Under the pieces are notes generated by a model that searched no databases, was not told the DNA's origin, and was given only the letters and a program-made list of their open reading frames with translations. Positions 1 to 10,027 of a stretch of 64,000 nucleotides of DNA are shown here, one piece after another. The DNA is taken from contig CAVSKC010000012.1 in assembly GCA_963728425.1 (NCBI GenBank), forward strand, positions 4,504-68,503. The letters run 5' to 3'. Both the position numbers and the translations under genes were made by a program. This DNA is from an uncultured Actinomycetota bacterium. Lineage in GTDB: Bacteria > Actinomycetota > Actinomycetes > JACCUZ01. Within the stretch, counting starts at the first letter, position 1; the number at the start of each line of letters is the position of its first letter.

Positions 1-287
1 TGCCGCAGCTCCCGGCCGAGATGGGTGCCGGCGACCGCCGGGCGCACGAGCTGGAGCGGGAGAGCGTCGCGCTGATGGAGGCCGCCGTGCTGCACGGCCG
101 CGAGGGGCAGGAGTTCGACGCGGTGGCGGTCGAGCTGGACGAGAAGCGCGGCGGCGGCACCGTGCAGCTCGTCGACCCGGCGGTGCGGGCCTCCTGTGAG
201 GGGCGGCTGCCACTCGGGGAGGCCGTGCGGGTCCGCCTGGTCGAGGCCGACCTCGCCCGTCGCTCGGTGCGGTTCGCGCTGGCCTGA
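1..287 (+). CDS. RNB-domain ribonuclease (RNase II/R family), C-terminal fragment
   Basis: RAHELERESVALMEAAVL...GQEFDAVAVE...LPLGEAVRVRLVEAD resembles the end of an RNB domain plus S1-like tail; 5' end lies outside the window. Confidence 0.65.
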   Translation, partial: PQLPAEMGAGDRRAHELERESVALMEAAVLHGREGQEFDAVAVELDEKRGGGTVQLVDPAVRASCEGRLPLGEAVRVRLVEADLARRSVRFALA

Positions 288-309
288 GGACCGGTAGGCT
301 GGTCGCACG

Positions 310-698
310 GCGGACGAGCCGGCCGGACGGTCGCGTCGGGGCCCTCACGGGTCTCGCCGAGGAAAGTCCGGGCTCCACAGGGCAGGGTGGTGGGTAACAC
401 CCACCCGGGGTGACCCGCGGGACAGTGCCACAGAGAGAAGACCGCCGCCGGACCGTCTTCGGGCGGTACGGCGGTAAGGGTGAAACGGCGGTGTAAGAGA
501 CCACCAGCGCCCGGGGTGACCCGGGCGGCTAGGCAAACCCCACCCGGAGCAAGGTCAGACAGGGAGCGTTCGAGGGCGGCCCGCCCGAGCTCCCGGGTAG
601 ACCGCACGAGGCTGTCGGCAACGGCAGCCCTAGATGGATGGCCGTCCGTGCACCCTCGGGTGCGCGACAGAACCCGGCTTACAGGCCGACTCGTCCGC
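310..698 (+). ncRNA. rnpB: RNase P RNA, bacterial type A
   Basis: Conserved GAGGAAAGTCCGGGCTCC, AGTGCCACAGA, AAGGGTGAAACGG, GGCAAACCCCAC..GGAGCAAG and ACAGAACCCGGCTTA; 5' GGACGAGCCGGCC pairs with 3' GGCCGACTCGTCC (P1); upstream -10 TAGGCT. Confidence 0.97.
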
Positions 699-1006
699 CG
701 CCTGTGGCCTGGCTGTCCTCGTCACGCTCCCACGACCAACGGGACTGCCCGCAGCATCACGTAGACCAGCGCCAGCAGGGTGGCCACCGCGACCGTCCAC
801 GACCTCACGACGGCCTGCCCTGGCCGGGGCGGGTGCGCTGGTCGTCCACCACACCAGCCCACCACAACGGATGGCGCATTGCCACGTGGCCCGGTCACGC
901 GCCGGCTCAGGTCGAGCCCCCGTGGCGTCGATATGAAACCCACTGCCTACGGAGCGTGACCTTCTGGTCGCTGCTGCGTTAGGCCGGTCGACGACAGGGG
1001 ACAGGG

Positions 1007-3335
1007 ATGCGCGGACAGGGGCGGGGTTCTGGCAGCGGCTGGTCGGTTCGGACCCAGCTGGCGGCCATCGTCGGGGTCGTGGCGGTCCTGATCGTGGGCG
1101 CCGGGGCGTGGCTGGCTCTCGTGTCGATGCAGGACGCGGAGAACGACGCCCGCCGGGACGTCACCTTCCAGGCCGGCTTGGCTGCCAACGCGGTAGCCGA
1201 CGCGCTGTCCCAGGCGGAAACGGCAATGACCGGGCTCGCGAGCGGATTCCCCGTCACCGCGCTGGTGGCCGACCCGTCGAAATGCCAGCTCACCTTCTCC
1301 GACCTCGGCGTCTTCCCCGTCGGCCACATCGACATCGTGCTGCCCGACGGTCGGGTGCCGTGCTCGTCCATCGTCGAGCGCGGGGCGCCTCCGGGCGCCA
1401 CCCACGCAGGTGCCGACTGGCTGACCAGCCCACGCACTGCACGGGAACCGGGCGTGGCCGGGGTCTTCACCGACCGGCTCGCCGGCCAGCAAGCGGTGGC
1501 TGTCACTGCCCCCATCACCGCCACCGAAGGCCCCCCAGCCGGGTACGCGGTGCTGGTCCTGCCTCTCGCTGGCCTCGGCGACGGTCTCGCCGGTGTCTAC
1601 GGCGGCCCGCAGCACCTCACGTTCACCGTCCGGGGTGCGGATGGCGCACTGCTGGCGGGGGACCCGGACAGAATCAACGGCGGCGTCATCACGGGCGATG
1701 ACACTCTGCCGGTCGTCGGCTGGGTCGTGACGGCGCAGCAGCCCCGCAGCGCCGCCCTCGCCGCGACCCGGACCGCGTTCACCCGCTTTGCCGCGCTCGG
1801 CGGCGCCGCGTTCGTGCTGCTGTTGGCACTGCTGGTTGCGGTCAACCGCAGCATCGGGCACCCGCTGCGTCGCCTCACCGACGCGGCCGCGCAGGCCGGC
1901 CGGCAGGTCACCCCCGACCCTGTCCCCATCAGCGGACCCGCCGAGGTCCGCAGGCTGGCCCGCGAGTTCAACGAGATGACCGCCACTCGTGCCGGCTTCG
2001 AGCACCAGCTGACCCATGGCGCGCTGCACGACCCGTTGACCGGGCTGCCGAACCGGGCGCTCTGCCTGGACCGGATCGGCCAGGCCCTGAACGCCGCGGA
2101 CCAGTCACCGGCCAGGGTGGCCGTCCTGTCGATCGACCTGGACAGGTTCAAGCTCGTCAACGCCAGTCTCGGCTACCGCACCGGCGACGACGTCCTCATC
2201 GCCGCAGCAGCGCGCCTGACGGCACTGCTCGGTCCGGCCGACACGCTCGCCCGGGCCGGTGGCGACGGGTTCGTTCTCTGCCGCCCCGAGGCCGCCGACT
2301 CCCGCGCCGCCGAAGGGCTCACCACCCAGGTGATGACCGCCCTGGCCGAGCCCTTCACCGTGGCCGGCACCGATGTCGCCCTCACCGCCTCGGTCGGGAT
2401 CGCCCGCGGCCGCCGCGGAGTCGGTGCCGAGGAGCTCGTCCGGGACGCCGACACCGCGATGTACGCCGCGAAGGAAGCCGGCGGCGGCCGGTTCCGGCTC
2501 ATCGACGACGAGCTGCGGACCCGCAGCAGCGAACGGCTCAGTCTCGAGTCGGACCTGCGCGGTGCGTTGGCCGCCGGCCAGCTGCACGTCCAGTACCAGC
2601 CCGTCGTGAACCTGCTGACCGGACAGATCTCCGGCGCCGAGACACTGCTGCGCTGGACCCACCCGACGCGCGGCCCGGTCTCGCCGATGACGTTCATCCC
2701 CGTCGCCGAGGCCGCGGGGCTGATCGGCCCGATCGGCCAATTACGTGCTCGCCCAGGCGTGCCGGCAGACCGCCGCATGGAACCAGGCCGGGTACCGGCT
2801 CCGGGTCGCGGTCAACGTGTCCGGCTTGCAGCTGCACGACCCCGGCTTCGTCGGCCAGGTCGCCGCCGAGCTCCACGACGCCGGGATCGACCCGGCGCAG
2901 CTGTGCCTGGAGCTGACCGAGTCCACCTTGATGGACGACGCGATGCGGGCATCCGACGTCCTCGCCGAGCTCAAGGACGTCGGCGTCGAGCTCAGCGTCG
3001 ACGACTTCGGCACCGGCTACTCGTCGCTTGCCTACCTCAAGCGATTCCCCGTCGACGAGCTCAAGGTCGACCGCAGCTTCATCTCGAACCTCGGCACCGA
3101 GGGACAGGACCAGACACTCGTCGCCGCGATGGTCGCCATGGGGCACGCCCTCGGTCTGCACGTCGTCGCCGAGGGCGTCGAGACCCACGCCCAGATGGCG
3201 ACCCTGCTCACACTCGGCTGCCGCACCGCACAGGGCTACCTCTTCGCCAGGCCGCTACCTCTCGACGAGTTCACTGCGCTCCTCGGCGATGGCCTGCCGG
3301 AGGAGCTGCGACGGGCCGTGGCCTCGCAGTCCTGA
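1007..3335 (+). CDS. Membrane Cache-like/HAMP/GGDEF-EAL protein (probable c-di-GMP phosphodiesterase); frameshift near 2740
   Basis: Two TM segments, HAMP (PLRRLT..EVRRLAREFNEM), HDPLTGLPNR, DLDRFK, degenerate GGDGF, ETLLRW; continues in ORF 2745-3335 with LELTES, DDFGTGYSSL, KVDRSF, AEGVET, QGY. Confidence 0.9.
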
Positions 3336-3355
3336 GCCCAGCCAGCGTGGGCGTT

Positions 3356-5929
3356 TCACAGCCTCGGATCCACCGGCTCGGACTCCATCGCCAGGACCGC
3401 GAAGACCGGCTCGTGCACCCGCCAGAGCGGTTCGTTGGCCACAGCGCGGCGCAGCGACTCGAGTCCGAGCGCGTACTCGCGCACAGCCATCGACCGCTTG
3501 TGGCCCAGGTTGCGCTCGCGGAGCCGTTCGAGGTTCGCCGGCTCGGTGTAGTCCGGCCCGTAGATGATCCGCAGGTACTCGCGGCCACGGACCTTCACTC
3601 CCGGCTGAGCCAGGCCCTTGCGCGCCCGGGCGAGGTTGGCGTGCGGCTTGACCACCATGCCCTCACCACCGGCCGCCGTGAGCTCCTCCCACCACCGGAT
3701 GCCTGCCGCGACCGACTCGTCGTCGGCCGCGTCCACGAGCAGCCGCCGCGTGGGGCGCACCAGGCCCGCATCCGCGGCGACCAAGCGGTCCGCGACGCCG
3801 AGGTGCCAGGAGTGGTCCCGGGTCTCGTAGGTCGCGCCGTCGGTCGCCAGCAGCTGGAAGGGCGCGATCTGGACGCCCTCGATCCCGTCGGTCGGCCAGA
3901 CGTACTGCCGGTAGGCGGCGGTGAACGCCTCGGCGTTGCCGGCGCGAGCAGTGGTGCGGTCGAGCAGGTCGGTGACGTCGAGCCCCGACTGGGCTGCGGC
4001 GGTGAGCCCGGCGACTGCGGCAGGCAGCGAGGAACGCGCTGCAGCGCCGACCGAGGCGTACTGGTTCCGGAGCAGGTCCTCGGCCTTGAGCGACCACGGC
4101 AGCAGCTCGGCGTCGATCAGCACGAAGGACGCGTCCAGCTCGTCCCAGATACCTGCCCCGGTCAGGGCGAGGCGGAGCCGATCGAGGAGCCGTTCGGTGA
4201 GTGCCGGGTCCAGGAAGGGACGCCCGGTGCGGGTGTGGACCACGCCGGTCGCGCCGTCCGTGGCACCGAACCTGACCCGGGCCGTGGCTGCGTCACGGCA
4301 GACGAGTGCAACCGCGCGCGAGCCCATGTGCTTCTCTTCGCAGATGAGCTCGGTCACCCCCTCGGACCGGTAGCCCGAGAACGCCTCGGTGGGGTGCTCC
4401 AGCAGGCCGGGACGCGTGGAGGTAGCGCACGGGCTCATCGTGGGCGGCAGGTAGAGCAACCAGCGCGGGTCGAGGGCGAACCGTGACATCACCTCGAGCG
4501 CACCCGCTGCGGACTCCTCTCGGACGGTGACCAGGCCGTGGTGCGCCGTCTCGACCACCCTCTTGCCGGAGACGTCGGTGATGTCCAGGACGTCGGGCGC
4601 TCGCGTCGGCGTGTGTCGGGCCTCGGTGTCGCCGCTGGTGGGGAACGGCTTGGCCGGCTCGTACCAGACGCGTTCGGCGGGAACCGAGACGATCTCCTTC
4701 TCCGGGTAGCGGAGCGCTGTCAGCATGCCGCCGAAGACGCACCCGGTGTCGAGACACAACGTGTTGTTGACCCACTCGGGCGCGGGTGTGGGGGTGTGCC
4801 CGTAGAGGACCATCGCGCGGCCGCGGTAGTCGTTCGCCCAGGGATACCGCACCGGCAGGCCGAACTCGTCGGTCTCACCGGTGGTGTCGCCGTAGAGCGC
4901 GAACGAGCGGACGCGCCCGGAGGCCCGCCCGTGGTAGGCCTCCTTGAGGCCCGCGTGCGCGACCACCAGGTCGCCTCCGTCGAGGACGAGGTGCGACACC
5001 AGGTCGTAGCAGAACGTCTGGACCTCGGCCCGGAACTCCGGTGACTCGGCCTCGAGCTGGGTGAGGGTCTCCGCGAGGCCGTGGCTGACCTGGACCTTGC
5101 TGCCCTTGAGGGCGCGAACCAGCTTGTTCTCGTGGTTGCCGGGGACGGCGAGGGCGTGCCCAGCGCCGACCATGCCCATCACGAGCCGGAGCACGCCGGG
5201 GGAGTCGGGGCCGCGGTCGACCAGGTCGCCGACGAACACGATGCGGCGTCCTTCGGGGTGGCTGGCGTCGCTCGGTCGTCCGTCGGCGTCGCGGAGCACG
5301 ACGTATCCAAGCCGACCCAGCAGGGCCTCGAGCTCCGAGCGGCATCCGTGCACGTCGCCGACGACGTCAAAGGGGCCGGTCTGGTCGCGGAAGTCGTTGA
5401 GCAGCTTCTCGCGCACGATCGTCGCAGTCGAGATCTGCTCCGCTCCACGCAGCACGTGGACCTTTCGGAAACCTTCCTTGCTCAGCCCGCGCAGGGAGCG
5501 GCGCAGCTGGTCGTGCTGGCGCCGGATGACGTGGGCGCCGAAGGCACGGTCGGCCCTCGAGGAGTTGCGGCTCACCGCGAGGCTCTCCGGCACGTCGAGG
5601 ACGATCGCGACCGGAAGTACGTCGTGTGCTCGGGCGAGCTCCACGAGCTTGCGCCGCGCCATCGGCTGGGTGTTGGTCGCGTCGACCACGGTGAGTCGGC
5701 CAGCCGCAAGCCGCTTGCCGGCGATGTAGTTCAGCACGTCGAAGGCGTCCGCGCTGGCCGCCTGGTCGTTCTCGTCGTCGGCAACCAGGCCGCGGCAGAA
5801 GTCGCTGGAGAGGATCTCGAACCGACCGAAGTTGTCGGTCGCGAAGGTCGACTTGCCGGAGCCGGACACCCCGATGAGGACGACCAGGGACAGCTCCGGG
5901 ACGGAGAGGGCCGAGGCGTCGCTCGTCAT
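3356..5929 (-). CDS. pnkp: Polynucleotide kinase-phosphatase-ligase Pnkp
   Basis: P-loop GVSGSGKS and SSDFCR; metallophosphoesterase GDVHG/GDLVDRG/GNHE; adenylyltransferase motif EKHMGSR; C-terminus ESEPVDPRL; overlaps hen1 by 4 nt. Confidence 0.95.
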   Translation of the reverse strand: MTSDASALSVPELSLVVLIGVSGSGKSTFATDNFGRFEILSSDFCRGLVADDENDQAASADAFDVLNYIAGKRLAAGRLTVVDATNTQPMARRKLVELARAHDVLPVAIVLDVPESLAVSRNSSRADRAFGAHVIRRQHDQLRRSLRGLSKEGFRKVHVLRGAEQISTATIVREKLLNDFRDQTGPFDVVGDVHGCRSELEALLGRLGYVVLRDADGRPSDASHPEGRRIVFVGDLVDRGPDSPGVLRLVMGMVGAGHALAVPGNHENKLVRALKGSKVQVSHGLAETLTQLEAESPEFRAEVQTFCYDLVSHLVLDGGDLVVAHAGLKEAYHGRASGRVRSFALYGDTTGETDEFGLPVRYPWANDYRGRAMVLYGHTPTPAPEWVNNTLCLDTGCVFGGMLTALRYPEKEIVSVPAERVWYEPAKPFPTSGDTEARHTPTRAPDVLDITDVSGKRVVETAHHGLVTVREESAAGALEVMSRFALDPRWLLYLPPTMSPCATSTRPGLLEHPTEAFSGYRSEGVTELICEEKHMGSRAVALVCRDAATARVRFGATDGATGVVHTRTGRPFLDPALTERLLDRLRLALTGAGIWDELDASFVLIDAELLPWSLKAEDLLRNQYASVGAAARSSLPAAVAGLTAAAQSGLDVTDLLDRTTARAGNAEAFTAAYRQYVWPTDGIEGVQIAPFQLLATDGATYETRDHSWHLGVADRLVAADAGLVRPTRRLLVDAADDESVAAGIRWWEELTAAGGEGMVVKPHANLARARKGLAQPGVKVRGREYLRIIYGPDYTEPANLERLRERNLGHKRSMAVREYALGLESLRRAVANEPLWRVHEPVFAVLAMESEPVDPRL

Positions 5930-7335
5930 GCTGCGGCTCTGGTGAACACAGCCATCTGCGTCGGTGGCCCGACCTCAGGGTCGTCGACACCGATGGGAGA
6001 CAGGCGGACGTCGAAGGCGTAGGTCGATGCGACCCGGTCGGCCCAGGCGGCGAACTCGGCCCTGGTCCACTCGAACCGGTGGTCCTTGTGACGCATCGTC
6101 CCTGCGGTCAGCCCCGGGTAGCGCACGTTGTGCTCAGCGTTCGGCGTCGTCACCACCACAGTGCCGGGGCGTGCGGAGCCGAACACCGACACCTCGAGCG
6201 CGCCCAGCCGGGTCAGGTCCACGTGCTCGACGACCTCCATGAGCACGAGCGCGTCGTACCCAGCGAGCCGCGCGTCGCGGTAGACGACCGAGGACTGGAA
6301 CAGGCTGATGCGCTCCCGCTGCCGGTCGCCCATCCGGTCGAGGCGCAGTCGCTTCCTGGCGGTCTCCAGGGCGCGGTGCGACACGTCCGTGCCGACCACC
6401 TCCGTGAAGGAGGCGTCTGCGGCGAGCAGCCGGAGCAGCGCCCCTTCGCCGCAGCCGACGTCAACGACGCGCTTCGCTCTCGCGTCCTTGATCACGGTGA
6501 GCACCGCCGCCTTGCGATGCTCCACCAGCGGCACGGGACGCTCGGGTGTCTCCGGGTCCTCAGGGACGGCGTTGTCGAGTGCCTCCGCCTCGGTGTCGTC
6601 GATCTCGGCGAGGCGACCGACGGCGGTCGTGACGAGGTCGCGCTGGTGAGCGAGGTACCGGCGAGTGATGAGCTCACGATCCGGGTGTGTCGACAGCCAC
6701 CCGGTGCCCGCCCGGACCAGCTTGTCCACCTCGTCGCTGCTCACCCAGTAGTGCTTGGCGTCGTCGAGCACCGGCAGCAGCACGTAGAGATGGTTGAGCG
6801 CGTCCGCCAGCCTCAGCACGCCGGTCAGGCGCAGATCCACGAAGTGCGAGTCACCCCACGCCGGGACAGCCGGGTCCAACGGCACCGGATCGGCCTCGAC
6901 GGTCCAGCCCAACGGCGCGAACAGGCCTTCGACCACCTCGACCCCACCGCGAGCCGGCAGGGCAGGGATCTGGATGGTCAACGGAAGCGCCTGCTCGGCC
7001 AGCTCGGGGCGAGCGTCGCACCGGCCCGCCATCGCGGTGCGGAACACCTTGCCCAGCGCCACGGCGACCATCGACGAGGCCGCGTAGGGGCGGTCGTTGA
7101 CGTACTGAGCCAGTGAGAACGCGTCATGTCCGCCGAACCGCTTGCCGCGAACCAGCCCGATCGGGTCCACCTCGAGGAGCAGGGCAGCCGTGCACCGGGA
7201 GTCCGTGGCCTCCGGGTAGAAGACGTGGGCCTGGCCGACCGACAGATCGAAGGTCTGGACCTTGCCAGGGTGCTTGTGCAGCAAGAAGCCCAGATCGGCC
7301 GCCGGCGGGGCGGTCGAGGTGATGGTCAGGAACAT
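5926..7335 (-). CDS. hen1: 3'-terminal RNA ribose 2'-O-methyltransferase Hen1
   Basis: N-terminus MFLTITST..DLGFLLHKHP, QYVNDRPY, DVGCGEG SAM motif, EVVEH, TTPNAEHN, RHKDHRFEW; start placed at ATG 7335. Confidence 0.95.
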   Translation of the reverse strand: MFLTITSTAPPAADLGFLLHKHPGKVQTFDLSVGQAHVFYPEATDSRCTAALLLEVDPIGLVRGKRFGGHDAFSLAQYVNDRPYAASSMVAVALGKVFRTAMAGRCDARPELAEQALPLTIQIPALPARGGVEVVEGLFAPLGWTVEADPVPLDPAVPAWGDSHFVDLRLTGVLRLADALNHLYVLLPVLDDAKHYWVSSDEVDKLVRAGTGWLSTHPDRELITRRYLAHQRDLVTTAVGRLAEIDDTEAEALDNAVPEDPETPERPVPLVEHRKAAVLTVIKDARAKRVVDVGCGEGALLRLLAADASFTEVVGTDVSHRALETARKRLRLDRMGDRQRERISLFQSSVVYRDARLAGYDALVLMEVVEHVDLTRLGALEVSVFGSARPGTVVVTTPNAEHNVRYPGLTAGTMRHKDHRFEWTRAEFAAWADRVASTYAFDVRLSPIGVDDPEVGPPTQMAVFTRAAA

Positions 7336-7376
7336 CGACTCATCCTGCCCGAAGGCTCCACCGTCGGGCGATCGCC

Positions 7377-8321
7377 TTACGTGGTGCCCTCGAGCAGGCG
7401 ACTGATGACGTCCGGAGTGGCGGGCCGGTGCATCAAGTAGCCCTGGGCCATCGCGCAGCCCAAGCCCACCAGGTGGTCGTACTGGTCCTGCGTCTCGACT
7501 CCTTCCGCGACGACGTTCAGGTCCAGGGACCGCCAAGGTAGTCAAGGGAGGCATACCCGGTGCCGAAGTCGTCGACCGCGAGGGAGATGCCCATGTCCCG
7601 GAGGGCCGCGAGGTCCGACGCTGCGTCGTCGACCCGCCGGATCAGCTGGCGTTCGGTGACCTCCAGACCGAGGACGTCCGGGGCCAGTCCGCCTCCGACA
7701 GCAGGCGGTCGACGAGAGCCGGCAGGTGCCCCTGGTGCTGAACGAGCTGGCGCAGGAGATGTTCACCCACATCTTGGGTGCTAGGTCGCCGAGCCCTCGG
7801 TGCCAGGCCGTGGCCTGAGCCACGGCGGTGCTGAGCACCCAGTCGCCGACCGGCGTGACGAGGTCCGGGTGACTCTCGGCCACCTCCATGAAGGACACCG
7901 GCGACAGCAGGCCGCGAGAGGGGTGCTGCCACCGGAGCAATGCCTCGACCGCGCTCAGCGCGCCGCTCTCGAGGTCGTAGATCGGTTGGTAGTGCAACCG
8001 GGGCTCGGCTCGCTCGAGCGCTTCCAGCAGCTCGACCCGGCCACGACCCGTCCCGACGCGACGGCCATGTCCGCCGCCAGCCTCACGGTGGCCCCGGCGG
8101 ACCGGGCGACGACCTCGGCGGCTACCGCGTCGGCCACCGCGACGGCGGCCTGCCGGGGCCTCGTGGGGGTCCCCGTCGTCCGGTAGCTCGGACGCGCTCG
8201 TGTCCCGGGCCTCGGCTGCGGAGGATGCGGCATCGACTGCCCTGGTCGCCGCTTCAACGCTGACGGCGGCCGCGTCGGCGGCTGCCTCCACCTCCGTTAT
8301 CTGTCCGCGCAAATAGAGCAC
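7377..8321 (-). pseudogene. EAL-domain protein remnant with frameshifts and an internal deletion
   Basis: YQPI..VEALLRWQHP, WVNIS, LEVTE, DDFGTGYASLDYL joined out of frame to RSLDLNVVAEGVET..AQGY; the KIDRSF segment is missing. Confidence 0.8.
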
Positions 8322-8346
8322 GTACCGGGCGTGTTTGGGACAAGTC

Positions 8347-8934
8347 TCAGCGGCGGTGGTGCCGCGATGACTGCAGGTCGGCGCGGTCGGCGGCGCTGAG
8401 GTCGCGGTCCACGCCGGACTGGTAGCGGTCCAGGGCTGACTGCCCCCGGTCCGACCCGGCGCCGGCGTGCTCGGCGTCGGACCCGGCTAGCAGCCGCTCC
8501 GAGGCGAGGTCACGCTGGTCGGCCCGTCGATCGCGCTGCTCGGCCGAACGGTCGCGCAGGACGGCCCGCGCGATCACCGCATCGACGTCGGCTCGCTCCT
8601 GGGCCACGATCGCGTCCCGCTCGTCGGCAGCGCGGTCTCTGGCGTCCGCGGCCCGGTCCCTGGCGTCGGCCGCCAACCCCCGTCGATCTGCGCCGCCAGG
8701 AGCTGCGCCGTCGATCATCGCGCGCGCGATGTCCCGCAGCTTGCGGTTCTCCCGTTGGGAGGCCCGCATGAGCATCGCGAACGCCTCGTCCGGCGTGCAG
8801 CCGTGCTGGGCCATGAGCAGGCCCTTGGCCTGCTCGATGGCGGGTTGGCTTCGCAGCGCCCGTTGGAGGTGGCGGACCTCGTCGTCCGCCGAGTCGTCGT
8901 TATGGCTTTGTTCGTCCCGCGCAAACGTCACCAT
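8347..8934 (-). CDS. ANTAR-domain protein with C-terminal RDRAAD-repeat helical tail
   Basis: LQRALRSQPAIEQAKGLLMAQHGCTPDEAFAMLMRASQRENRKLRDIA is a classic ANTAR signature; GGAGG RBS before ATG 8934. Confidence 0.88.
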   Translation of the reverse strand: MVTFARDEQSHNDDSADDEVRHLQRALRSQPAIEQAKGLLMAQHGCTPDEAFAMLMRASQRENRKLRDIARAMIDGAAPGGADRRGLAADARDRAADARDRAADERDAIVAQERADVDAVIARAVLRDRSAEQRDRRADQRDLASERLLAGSDAEHAGAGSDRGQSALDRYQSGVDRDLSAADRADLQSSRHHRR

Positions 8935-9033
8935 CGTGCCCTCCGGGGTCTGGGGAGGATCAGTGGATAACGACCTTTTGCCGAGGATAATCAGTCCCAC
9001 TCGGGTGGATGTCAACGCCCAGGGCCGGATGGT

Positions 9034-9285
9034 CTATACGTGGGCGAGCACGACGATCAGCGTGGCCAGCCAGAGGACCACGGTGATGGCGGCCAGCCGC
9101 CGGATCCGCGCGGCCCGGGCGCGGACTCGCAGCTGCTCGTCCCGCTCGGCCAACTCCCCGAGGTGGCGCTGGAGCTCGCGGACCTGCTGCAGGGCGGTTT
9201 CGGTCTGCAGGGTCAGCCCCTTCACCTCAGCGCTGCCCTGGGCAAGGGTGTACGCGCTGGGTCGACCGTTGGCGTCGAGCTCCAC
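9034..9285 (-). CDS. Small tail-anchored membrane protein (SAEVKGLTL family, copy 1)
   Basis: RPSAYTLAQGSAEVKGLTLQTET, coiled-coil-like middle, basic patch, C-terminal TM; paralog at 34457-34768; start uncertain. Confidence 0.7.
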   Translation of the reverse strand: MELDANGRPSAYTLAQGSAEVKGLTLQTETALQQVRELQRHLGELAERDEQLRVRARAARIRRLAAITVVLWLATLIVVLAHV

Positions 9286-9466
9286 AGTCCTACGGTGCAC
9301 CCGATCCGGCCGAGATGCCAGAGGCAGTGCGGGCACCACGGGGCGAGGGCCCGCGCCGACTACCCCTCCAGCGACGGCGCGAGCCCCCGCGCCACTGCCC
9401 AGGGTGCGCCCAGATCGACCGCCGCCACATCGGCCGGACGACCGATCTGTCCTGTCCGAACGGGCG

Positions 9467-10027
9467 TCAGGACCGGGTCCGGTAGTGGAGGTGCACGACG
9501 CCGCCCGCGAAGCGGCGCTGGTCCAGCAGCTCGAGGTCGACCCGGACCTTGGCCGGCAGCCAGGCGGTGCCACCGCCGACGACGACCGGCGTCACGAACT
9601 GGTGCAGCTCGTCGACCAACCCGGCCGCGATCGCCCGGCCGGCCAGGTCCGAGCCGCCCACGCTGACGTCCTGCTCGGCTGTGGCGACCAGCTCGCGCAC
9701 CGCCGTCGGGTCGAACGACCGCTCGACCCGGGTGCGCGCGGTCCTGGCTGCCTCGAGCGTCGTGGAGTAGACGACCTTGTCGGCAGCCCGCCAGATGTCG
9801 GCGAAGTCGCGCGTCACGGCCGACTCTTCGGCGTCCGTCGGCATGGTCTCCCAGGCGGCCATCACGTCGTACATCCGTCGGCCGTAGAGGTAGGTGCCGA
9901 TGCCCCGCTCCACGTCGTTGACGGCCGCGTGCACCTCGGCGTCCGGTGCCGCCCAGTCGAAGTCGCCGGTGTCGTCAGCCACGTAACCGTCCAGCGACGT
10001 GATTGCGGAGTAGATCAGCCTGGCCAC
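9467..10027 (-). CDS. Dihydrofolate reductase / RibD C-terminal family protein
   Basis: LIYSAITSLDGY, LYGRRMY, KVVYSTTL, GG..LA, GLVDE, PVVVGGG. Confidence 0.9.
   Translation of the reverse strand: MARLIYSAITSLDGYVADDTGDFDWAAPDAEVHAAVNDVERGIGTYLYGRRMYDVMAAWETMPTDAEESAVTRDFADIWRAADKVVYSTTLEAARTARTRVERSFDPTAVRELVATAEQDVSVGGSDLAGRAIAAGLVDELHQFVTPVVVGGGTAWLPAKVRVDLELLDQRRFAGGVVHLHYRTRS

Noticed and set aside
722-943. Small hydrophobic ORF downstream of rnpB
   Set aside because: Only the last ~28 codons look TM-like; no clear RBS or homology.
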